Below are positions 16,601 to 21,584 of a stretch of 32,000 nt of DNA, one piece after another. A model generated the notes under the pieces. That model worked only from the letters and a program-made list of their open reading frames with translations, was not told the origin of the DNA and did not search any database. The position numbers and the translations under genes were made by a program. The DNA is from Candidatus Iainarchaeum sp. Its GTDB lineage: Archaea > Iainarchaeota > Iainarchaeia > Iainarchaeales > 0-14-0-20-34-12. How positions within the stretch are numbered: position 1 is the stretch's first letter; every line of letters begins with the position of its first letter. The stretch spans positions 54,315 through 86,314 of the forward strand of contig JAUSKK010000038.1 of assembly GCA_030649345.1 (NCBI GenBank), given 5' to 3'.

Positions 16601-19341
16601 TTTTGCAAGTTACTATTGAAGGTCAAGGAGACTTGCGATACACTACTCAAGTTGTAGAAACACCTGAACCACATGCAGCATTGTTGGAATTACCGGATAT
16701 TGTTACAGGCTACTATGATATCTCTACGGATTCAAATTTTTTATCTGCTGTAGTGCGTTTGCATTATGCTGAAAGTGACTTGAATGGTTTGTTGGAATCT
16801 GAAATTCGATTATTTTACTACGATGAAGACTTGAATATTCTTGTAGAAGAATCCGTGCAAGGAGTGAATGAATCTGAAAATTATGTTTGGGCTCAAACTA
16901 CCCACTTTAGTTATCGTGCTGCTGGTTCCAGTAAAAATTGGAAAAGTCCAACCAGTTATCCTTGGAATCGCGATCCAATTGTTTATTCTTCTGGAGAAAC
17001 TTTGCGTTTGAAAGCCCGCGTTTATAATATTGGAATTGCTCCAGCTTCAAATGTTCCTGTGAGTTTTTATTCTGGAGATCCAAGTTCTGGTGGTGTTTTA
17101 CTTGGAACAGTTACTGTAAATAATATTCCTTCTGGTGGAAATGCTGAAGCAATTTTGACTTGGGTTGCCAGTTTGGATGTAGATTTCTTGTATGTTGTAG
17201 TGGATGCAGGCAATGTTATTGCAGAAGAATCTGAAACCGATAATAAAGCATTCCGTCAGTTTATCACAGAATTTAACGGCGATTCTGATGGTGATGGTTT
17301 AAGTGATTATGAAGAAATTAATGGAATGCGAACACAATTCAGTAATTTATTTATTAAGACAGATCCTTACGAAGAAGATACTGATGGCGATGGCTTAACT
17401 GATAATGTTGAAATGAATTTGGGTGGAGGAACTAATGCAAATCAACAGTATCTTACTAAAAGTAATCCATCTAAATTGGATTCGGATAATGATGGTTTAA
17501 CGGATTACGAAGAACTTGCTGGCCGGCAATTACGAATTACAAACAATCACTCAGATGCAGTTGCTTTATTGTCTGATTTGGAATTTGGAAATAGTTTAAG
17601 TGATAATGTGGACACTGGCACAGTTTATTCTGATGCATACATGGTTGACACCGATGCAGATGGGTTAACAGATTATCGCGAATTTGAATGGGGTTCAAAC
17701 CCCCGCTGGGTTGACTCAGATAGTGATGGACTAAAAGATGGTGTTGACGATGACCCTTCAATGTATGATGTTACTCCTCCAAGCGTGCAAATTGTTTCAG
17801 TTTATCAAGATGAATGGTTTGGATACAAAATTAAATATGTTGTGACTGCTACAGATTCATCTGGAATAATTGCTCATTGGATAATTCATGATGGCATACA
17901 AGTTGATTTTGCAACTTATGCTAATCGAAAAAATCCTGTGACTATTTCAGGTACCTTGGATGTCAGCTGGTTAAGTGAAAGTTTTACTGGCACTGTGGCT
18001 AACGTAAAAGTGGAGGATTATTCCGGTAACCAATTGATTAAAGACTTGTATTCTCAAGATGGTGTTGTCACTTCAGCCGCTGTTGCTGCTGTGAAAGAAA
18101 TTAATCGATTGTATTCTCAAGTGGATCCTTTTAGTGGGGGAATACAATCTGGAATTGCAATTAGTTTAATCCATCAAGGAGAAGATATTGTAGGCATAGT
18201 TAAAAATCCAGGCAGTATTTTGGATGGTATTCGTGGTTTAGGCACTGCAGTAGATGAGCAAGGTATTGGTGTGGTTTCTACTTTATATAATTCATTTAAG
18301 CAACGCATTGATGAATCGCATAATTCTTTGAATCCATTTAAATCCAGTGACTGGAGATATTCTTCTTATCAAGGTGGTTTTTACACTGGTTATGTGGGTG
18401 GCTTAATTATTACTTCCGTGGTAGGCGCTGGTGTTGTATCCAAAGGATTGAGTGTCATTAAAGCTGGAAGTTTAGTTTCTAAAATTTCAAAAATTAGCAT
18501 TGTAAAGAGCGCGCTGAGTATTGTAAAACAAACTCCACGAATGAAACTGTTATTGGGCGCAGCCGGAACTGTAGCTGCTACCTATTGGTTGAAAGAACAG
18601 TTCCCTGATATTGATGCATTGCAAACTTTGTCCGATTACCAAATAGGTTTTGCCACCATGGCATTAACTGCTGAAGCAGGTCCTGCCTTGGGTCGCATTG
18701 CAGGAGTTACAGCAGCTCAACAAAAACGCTTAGTTGTATTTCTTTCCCGAAATTCTAAATTTACTGTAGAAAATCGTGTGGCTTTCTTAAAGCCAGCATC
18801 AATTGACAACGGCGTAGCTAAAATATTCAGTGACTTGTCTGATGACTTACAGGATAATATTTTTATAGCATCTCACGGACAAGGCATTCCTTCATTGGAA
18901 CGTAGTGTAATTGTTTCTCGCACAAATCGATTGAAAAATGTCCCCGGAGTTGACGATGTTGTAAGGAATCTTAATAAACGTAATTGGCATGGTCATTATT
19001 TTGAATTAGATGCCGCGGATACTTTGCGAACGCGGGGTCATAATTTAATTGAATTATCTAAAAAATACCCTTTTGGTGACGGTGAACTGGATGTGTATTT
19101 CCAGCACTTAAATGGAAAGAAAATTGTTGCTGAAATAAAATCTATTCCGGCTGATAAATGGCTTACAAATAAAGGAAACTTAGATCCGCGTATTGATCGA
19201 CAATTGGATAGATATGCGCGACTTGTACAAACTGGCGATGCTCAAGAAGCATGGGTTATTTCAGAAAACACTATTTCTCCTGCTGCCAGAACGCTTATTG
19301 AAAACAAAGGAATTATTATAAAATATATTGGAGAGATTTAA
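10663..19341 (+). CDS. Giant (2,892 aa) multidomain cell-surface protein with C-terminal PD-(D/E)xK-like nuclease module
   Basis: Uninterrupted ORF with AGGTG 7 nt upstream. Domain order: N-terminal signal/anchor LTLALLLLVVTGVSYSVYA; helical region; Ig-like didomain array; two DxDxDG arrays; CARDB-like domain; hydrophobic helices (about 18370-18710); C-terminal E..D..ExK signature. Confidence 0.92.
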   Translation: MLNEKARTQLTLALLLLVVTGVSYSVYAPPGDNGNAQDNLKDTDLIFSTEELSSLELKQQALPYLNSLLNTAIEDDRAKLLEARDAVEASLNSNYWKRSGVLVVDNQVFELSQTAANRIKTLYNRESSDLNSEQLLLAISRIVQADQQAAEYTLFSLQEIFPQLTDENLIATIQPMLSSAENAYDQALHQLSIGNSPNAIVHFQESWDNSYRAVLLTDEFTIPEVIITEPLAGWYTRLASILVSGTLWDVQLETIPSVVVAVNDLNYVFPQSNGLFSGIISLTEGSNAIVVYGIDQYQNIGTAETQVTLDTIAPEIFVAGVENNSFNPVSVTPVIEFSDLHLNETRIELNNQIFISGTEVLEEKEYSLVVYANDLAGNEQTQTVNFVIDRTVPEIALINPYNGQFVHNTLNVQGTVSDTYLDYYIWKIDGVEVARNQSNYSWNTQNFEDGEHTVTLFAIDNAGNSSETTAAVTVDNTLPVIEVSGVSDNEFYNSNITPVILVTELNLEIQLFTLNDLEFVSGTEVSAENEYDLNVTVIDKAGNRADQIVSFTIDKTAPFAQIVNPLENSFVHEIVSIQTFASDLYLDTQTLFLDGTEVSSNNSFEWNTLDYSDGEHSIDWVVIDQAGNSTTSSVLVTVDNTLPVVLVSGIQENVFYNSDRVPLVEVQDVNPDQLNVFLNTQPFELSNSISSDNEYSFTAIAVDRAGNIGQTTVNFVLDKTVPVVEIVSPVENSFLRQTVGIEGLTEDKYLSTVELLVDGTLVSNNSFFEWNTLNYSEGLHSIELIALDLAGNQSSQTIQVTVDNVLPELLVQNLTENGLYLNSDFTPKFELTETNPSVTSSLLNDLEYNLETVSVDGDYVLEITHTDLAGNSNSLTRTFVMDQTYPVTSIDSPTSGSFVRGIVLVQAQASDLHLSLTQLLIDNVLVSSENEFEWNTLNYAEGAHKVEWIALDLAGNQTNSVSYIVVDNTVPVIAIVGVTEGTFYNSNQTPLVVVHETNPKLTQAFLNNELFELDSTIVEEGEYTLEVQTEDLAGNTAVQSVSFVIDKTAPVTSIDSPSSGSFVSGNVSITASASDLYSLTHTLSIDGQVLTENNFMTWNTLNYSDGFHAIEWHVQDLAGNETNLTYAVTVDNTVPVIEFLNLEEGTYYNQFLVPEVKITETNLDSVQYFLNNQSYIPGTVIQENKEYVLEVQALDLAGNQSIESVSFIVDTLAPVVELSVPSASSFVRGVVEISGSVSDLYLDSTNLLIDNSWVTSDLPFNWNTLDYSDGNHVVTFTGTDLAGNSTTVSEIFTVDNTVPVFVYVLPNQPYTRWDVLVDFVLTEINKGVTEAFLNNESFDWRSVISAEGDYNLVLRHTDKAGNIAEVLRTFTIDKTKPWAEILSPENNSFVKGIVRVSADANDLHGIVYRLDVDQRVLTTGKSIDWNTFVEGDGLHVLKWFVIDVAANDILVEHTVTVDNTLPEIRFTNIQNGIHYNSSIIPEIEIVELNLQSVHYFLNNQPYVLGTPISQDNDYVLEIQVTDNAGNYVTRFINFVIDTTAPETVLTVPNTNDFVKGMVSVTGETSDLYLDTTTLYIDSLPVAYSFPFEWNTVNYSDGTHTVSYTAVDLAGNSTTVSTTVNVDNTLPAVTYVTPIVNSYVRQTVEINATIVETNLELLELLIDTELISNSLPFELNTLNYSDGEHQLSVTLTDQAGNYYRTDWTVFVDNTVPESTVSELIENPTLVEPFYSLTGTILDSSSIEYVLVNDQMVSVLDGDFSFDFNVIEGRNTITVTAVDLAGNQVVFLKERLVDKDLLPDFYELSVLQSDPLNSDSDFGTTEADESNNEILDDAEDLDQDGLPTFAEYFYGSNPFSDNSDADSLDDFFELTMSGTDPGIADSDEDGVLDSDEDFDGDSLTNAQEEQLHANPYLLDTDSDGLDDSVESSLGTNPIEVDSDHDGLLDESEIYLESNPLVSDSDNDGVLDSLEYYSQTFSDLNGILQVTIEGQGDLRYTTQVVETPEPHAALLELPDIVTGYYDISTDSNFLSAVVRLHYAESDLNGLLESEIRLFYYDEDLNILVEESVQGVNESENYVWAQTTHFSYRAAGSSKNWKSPTSYPWNRDPIVYSSGETLRLKARVYNIGIAPASNVPVSFYSGDPSSGGVLLGTVTVNNIPSGGNAEAILTWVASLDVDFLYVVVDAGNVIAEESETDNKAFRQFITEFNGDSDGDGLSDYEEINGMRTQFSNLFIKTDPYEEDTDGDGLTDNVEMNLGGGTNANQQYLTKSNPSKLDSDNDGLTDYEELAGRQLRITNNHSDAVALLSDLEFGNSLSDNVDTGTVYSDAYMVDTDADGLTDYREFEWGSNPRWVDSDSDGLKDGVDDDPSMYDVTPPSVQIVSVYQDEWFGYKIKYVVTATDSSGIIAHWIIHDGIQVDFATYANRKNPVTISGTLDVSWLSESFTGTVANVKVEDYSGNQLIKDLYSQDGVVTSAAVAAVKEINRLYSQVDPFSGGIQSGIAISLIHQGEDIVGIVKNPGSILDGIRGLGTAVDEQGIGVVSTLYNSFKQRIDESHNSLNPFKSSDWRYSSYQGGFYTGYVGGLIITSVVGAGVVSKGLSVIKAGSLVSKISKISIVKSALSIVKQTPRMKLLLGAAGTVAATYWLKEQFPDIDALQTLSDYQIGFATMALTAEAGPALGRIAGVTAAQQKRLVVFLSRNSKFTVENRVAFLKPASIDNGVAKIFSDLSDDLQDNIFIASHGQGIPSLERSVIVSRTNRLKNVPGVDDVVRNLNKRNWHGHYFELDAADTLRTRGHNLIELSKKYPFGDGELDVYFQHLNGKKIVAEIKSIPADKWLTNKGNLDPRIDRQLDRYARLVQTGDAQEAWVISENTISPAARTLIENKGIIIKYIGEI
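11587..15795 (+). repeat. Coding tandem array: about 8.5 copies of a 492-nt (164-aa) Ig-like didomain unit
   Basis: The V-D-N-(T/V)-(L/V)-P boundary motif starts at 12082, 12574, 13066, 13558, 14050, 14542, 15031, 15523 and 15778. The spacing is 492 nt six times, 489 once, then a half unit. Each unit holds one ..EY.L.V...D.AGN...FxIDKTAP domain and one ..F.WNTL(N/D)YS(D/E)G.H...D.AGN..VDNT.P domain. Confidence 0.9.
16081..16560 (+). repeat. Thrombospondin type 3-like Ca-binding repeat array 1 (DxDxDG)
   Basis: DSDEDGVLDSDEDFDGDSL, DTDSDGLDD, DSDHDGLLD and DSDNDGVLD, each preceded by (S/T)NP. Confidence 0.8.
16993..17250 (+). other. CARDB-like beta-sandwich domain within giant protein
   Basis: GETLRLKARVYNIGIAPASNVPVSFYSGD ... 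IPSGGNAEAILTW ... LYVVVDAGNVIAEESETDNKA. The ending vvD..N.i.E..E.DN is typical of CARDB. Confidence 0.7.
17278..17757 (+). repeat. Thrombospondin type 3-like Ca-binding repeat array 2
   Basis: DSDGDGLSDYEE, DTDGDGLTDNVE, DSDNDGLTDYEE, DTDADGLTDYRE and DSDSDGLKDGVDDDP. Confidence 0.8.
18970..19338 (+). other. PD-(D/E)xK (restriction-endonuclease/Hjc-like) fold signature at C-terminus of giant protein
   Basis: HGHYFELDAADTLRTRG (E2781, helix), then GDGELDVYFQ (D2810, strand), then KKIVAEIKS (E2824-x-K2826, strand), then RQLDRYARL helix, then AWVIS strand. The order and spacing match the alpha-beta-beta-beta-alpha-beta core. Confidence 0.6.
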
Positions 19342-19343
19342 TT

Positions 19344-19976
19344 GTGTCTTCTGGTTTTGTTGCACAGTTTTATGTCTCTGGAAATTTATCTTCTGAAATT
19401 ATTTCCACTAAATTATTAAAAGTAGCACAAGTCCTACAAGAAAGTGGATTTACGCTTGAAAAAGAAAAATCTTTAGAATATACTTTTTACTGTAAAGAAA
19501 ACAGTTATTTTATGGAATTGTTTTTGTTTCAAGCTAATTCAGTGGATTCATTTAAGGTAATTGAATTATCAGCTACTTTAAGTTCACATCTTTCCCTGCA
19601 ATTTTGGAATAAACTTATTGATGTAGTTATCAAAGTATATAGTGTTATTCAACCAGAATTTGGATTGGGTGACGCGGAAGAGTTTTTTAATGATTTTAGA
19701 CATCCTAAAACTGAATTAGGCTGGCTTACTTTCTTTAACTCAAAACAAGTTCATTCACTGGGTGAACAAAAGTTTTCTCAAATTCCGGTGTGGAAATCAG
19801 GAGAATACGAATTGAAATTCGGAGAATACTTTGACAAAGTGTCTGCCGGCAAAATGCAGTTGTTACCTGTCTGGAAATGCGAAAAATTATCCGATGGAAG
19901 TTATCTTTTGGTATTGACTGAACAATTTGAAGGCTATCCTTCTCTAAAAGAGCTGAAACAACATTTAGGGTTGTGA
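19344..19976 (+). CDS. Hypothetical cytoplasmic protein, candidate cognate immunity/partner of the C-terminal nuclease module
   Basis: The GTG start lies 2 nt after the giant-gene stop (19339-19341). No signal peptide or TM segment. 210 aa with an alpha+beta-like composition and a GWLTFFNSKQV motif. Confidence 0.65.
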   Translation: MSSGFVAQFYVSGNLSSEIISTKLLKVAQVLQESGFTLEKEKSLEYTFYCKENSYFMELFLFQANSVDSFKVIELSATLSSHLSLQFWNKLIDVVIKVYSVIQPEFGLGDAEEFFNDFRHPKTELGWLTFFNSKQVHSLGEQKFSQIPVWKSGEYELKFGEYFDKVSAGKMQLLPVWKCEKLSDGSYLLVLTEQFEGYPSLKELKQHLGL

Positions 19977-19978
19977 AC

Positions 19979-20239
19979 TTATTTGTAGCTTTTGTACCAG
20001 CGTTCGTATTCTTTGTGCGTTTCAAAGCAATGCAGTATGTAAATGATTTCTTTTTCGATATAGTAAATAATTCTTGCTTGTTTTGTGACATTTTCTGTGA
20101 AATAAGGCAAGCCATGATTCAAGTGTTTGCTAACTGGATTGTCGGCAATTTTTTCAATATGTTTTCCAAATTGTTTGTTTAAAGGATTGGGTATTTTTTC
20201 AAGTTCTTTTTCAGCAGTTTCAAGAATTTGTATTTCCAT
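19979..20239 (-). CDS. RelE/ParE-superfamily toxin
   Basis: MEIQILETAEKELEKIP ... ARIIYYIEKEIIYILHCFETHKEYERW. The start was trimmed to the ATG at 20239, 1 nt after the upstream antitoxin stop (20241-20243). Confidence 0.75.
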   Translation of the reverse strand: MEIQILETAEKELEKIPNPLNKQFGKHIEKIADNPVSKHLNHGLPYFTENVTKQARIIYYIEKEIIYILHCFETHKEYERWYKSYK

Positions 20240-20240
20240 T

Positions 20241-20477
20241 TTACCACTTGAACTTTTTCTTGATTTCATTAAAAGACTTTGTTTTGATATTGCCTGCTTT
20301 CACTTCATCCATTTCTATTCGGATGCCTTTGGCAACCAGTTCTTTTTCTTCTTCATCCAGTATGCGTTCGTAAGCCAATAATGCCTGCCGAATTACTTCG
20401 GTTTGACTTCCAGCATATCCTTTTTCAATTGCTTTTTTTACAATAGTTTCATAAGGAATTCCCAAATTTACGTTCAT
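20241..20477 (-). CDS. ParD-like RHH antitoxin
   Basis: MNVNLGIPYETIVKKAIEKGYAGSQTEVIRQALLAYE resembles the ParD-type N-terminus (..G.Y.S.SEVIR.AL). GGAGG sits 7 nt upstream on the minus strand (20485-20489). Confidence 0.75.
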   Translation of the reverse strand: MNVNLGIPYETIVKKAIEKGYAGSQTEVIRQALLAYERILDEEEKELVAKGIRIEMDEVKAGNIKTKSFNEIKKKFKW

Positions 20478-20622
20478 TTCAGTTCCTCCAGTTCGATTTA
20501 ATGCATATATTTAATGTTCATTAAACTATATAAATAGTGCCTATTGAATGTGCATTAGATGATCATTTAATAACTATTTTTTAAATCAGGAAATCGTTTT
20601 TGTTGCCATTTTTTAGAAAAGG

Positions 20623-20630
20623 TTTTAAAG
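20623..20630 (+). promoter_or_regulatory. BRE/TATA-like element for hicB (leaderless)
   Basis: AGAAAAGG-TTTTAAAG ends 29 nt before the ATG at 20659, with no SD. Confidence 0.4.
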
Positions 20631-20658
20631 TACTTTTGCCAATAGTTTATTGATTGTT

Positions 20659-20871
20659 ATGAACTTTAAGGTAATTTTAGAGAAAGGTGAAGATGGTTTT
20701 TTTGTAGTGACTGTTCCTGCTTTGCCTGGTTGTATTTCTCAAGGTGAAACTGAAAAAGAAGCTTTGGATAATATTAAGGAAGCCATTGAATTGCATGTTT
20801 CTTCTTTGGCTGAAGATGGAATTCCGATTTCTCAGAAACAAGTTGTGAAGGAAGTTGCTGTAAGGTTATAG
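20659..20871 (+). CDS. hicB: HicB-family antitoxin (UPF0150)
   Basis: MNFKVILEKGEDGFFVVTVPALPGCISQGETEKEALDNIKEAIELHV is the canonical HicB N-domain. Start set at ATG 20659 rather than TTG 20650. Confidence 0.85.
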   Translation: MNFKVILEKGEDGFFVVTVPALPGCISQGETEKEALDNIKEAIELHVSSLAEDGIPISQKQVVKEVAVRL

Positions 20872-20872
20872 A

Positions 20873-21134
20873 ATGTCTAAGCTTCCGATTATTTCCGCAA
20901 ACGAAACGCTTGTTTCGTTGCGCATTAAAACGTGTTCGTTTTAATTGCGGAAAAGATTTATTGAAAATTTTATTAAAAAAAGGTTATTATATTCGAAACC
21001 AGAAAGGAAGTCATGTTCATTTGCGTCATTCTTTTTTGTTGCCTGTGACTGTTCCCAATCATAAAGTAATTGCACTAGGTACACTTAAAGCTATAATGAA
21101 AACTACTGGTTTAACTGAAAAAGATTTTGAGTAA
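20873..21134 (+). pseudogene. hicA: HicA-family toxin gene interrupted by a 52-nt insertion after codon 8
   Basis: The ATG at 20873 encodes MSKLPIIS, then runs into a stop at 20942-20944. The HicA core GKDLLKILLKKGYYIRNQKGSHVHLRH...VTVPNH...GTLKAIMKTTGLTEKDFE resumes at 20949 in the +1 frame. Removing 20897-20948 restores the canonical MSKLPIISGKDLL... reading frame. Confidence 0.75.
20897..20948. repeat. 52-nt double-hairpin palindromic insertion (REP/MITE-like) inside hicA
   Basis: Hairpin 1: AACGAAAC-gctt-GTTTCGTT (20900-20919), extended by CGC/GCG. Hairpin 2: CGCATTAAAACG-tgtt-CGTTTTAAT(T)GCG (20921-20949). The insert sits at the centre of what would be the palindrome TTTCC|GGAAA. The outer 9-bp inverted repeat is TTTCCGCAA/TTGCGGAAA (20892-20900 / 20945-20953). 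Confidence 0.7.
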
Positions 21135-21544
21135 TTTGCTATTTTTTAAACCAAGAAATTGTTTCTTGTTTGATTTGTTCAGCGAGTGTTGAATTTTTGG
21201 TTATGGTAATTGGTATTTTTGTTTTTTGTTCGAATACGTTTTCAAAGAATTCGTTTAAATTCATTTGATTGAATGTTTTGGTTTTTTGATAGAATTCATT
21301 GATTTCTTTTCGGAGTTCTGGCGGATGAAATGATTTTTCATTTCATCATTTCAGCATAACTGTATTGTTATGTTGGAGTGATAGTTCATAGTTTATGATT
21401 TATTTTAGAGTCATTTTTTTATAATTTGAATGTATTTGAGTACTTTCAACCTCAATTGGTGTGCATTAGCAATATATAATAGTTTGCATTACTAATGCAC
21501 ACTTAAGGTTTCGGTCTAATCTGGGCAATTTGTGGGTTAGCAAG

Positions 21545-21554
21545 TTTTATATAC
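21545..21554 (+). promoter_or_regulatory. TATA-like box upstream of KaiC-like gene
   Basis: TTTTATATAC lies 31 nt before ATG 21585 and 40 nt before ATG 21594. Confidence 0.4.
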
Positions 21555-21584
21555 TTCTTTTACCTTACTAATTCGAGTTAAGAG

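Noticed and set aside
16081-17757. Asp-rich stretches considered as meaningless low complexity or dockerin modules
   Set aside because: The regular (S/T)NP...D(S/T)D.DG(L/V).D spacing matches thrombospondin type 3-like Ca-binding repeats. I did not see the paired EF-hand-like dockerin pattern.
10679-17761. Minus-strand ORFs of 67-81 aa inside the giant gene (10679-10897, 11855-12067, 12702-12905, 16203-16448, 17537-17761)
   Set aside because: They lie fully inside a long, motif-rich + strand ORF. Their sequences are low-complexity or odd in composition, with no start context. These are antisense shadow ORFs.
19735-20381. ORFs 19735-20115(-), 19973-20182(+) and 20127-20381(+)
   Set aside because: They overlap, antisense or out of frame, the immunity-candidate gene and the ParD/RelE-like pair, which have better motif support.
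20892-20953. The 52-nt hicA interruption considered as an archaeal bulge-helix-bulge (BHB) mRNA intron
   Set aside because: The two junctions lie directly opposite each other inside a continuous 9-bp helix (TTTCC|GCAA / TTGC|GGAAA). A BHB motif would place them in two 3-nt bulges separated by a 4-bp helix. A DNA-level palindromic insertion fits better. RNA-level removal is untested, so it is kept only as a minor alternative.
21139-21331. Minus-strand stop-free stretch (…PPELRKEINEFYQKTKTFNQMNLNEFFENVFEQKTKIPITITKNSTLAEQIKQETISWFKK)
   Set aside because: The only ATG gives 41 aa, with no recognisable family and no clear promoter or SD. It cannot be called as a gene, and is mentioned under the spacer finding as a possible gene remnant.
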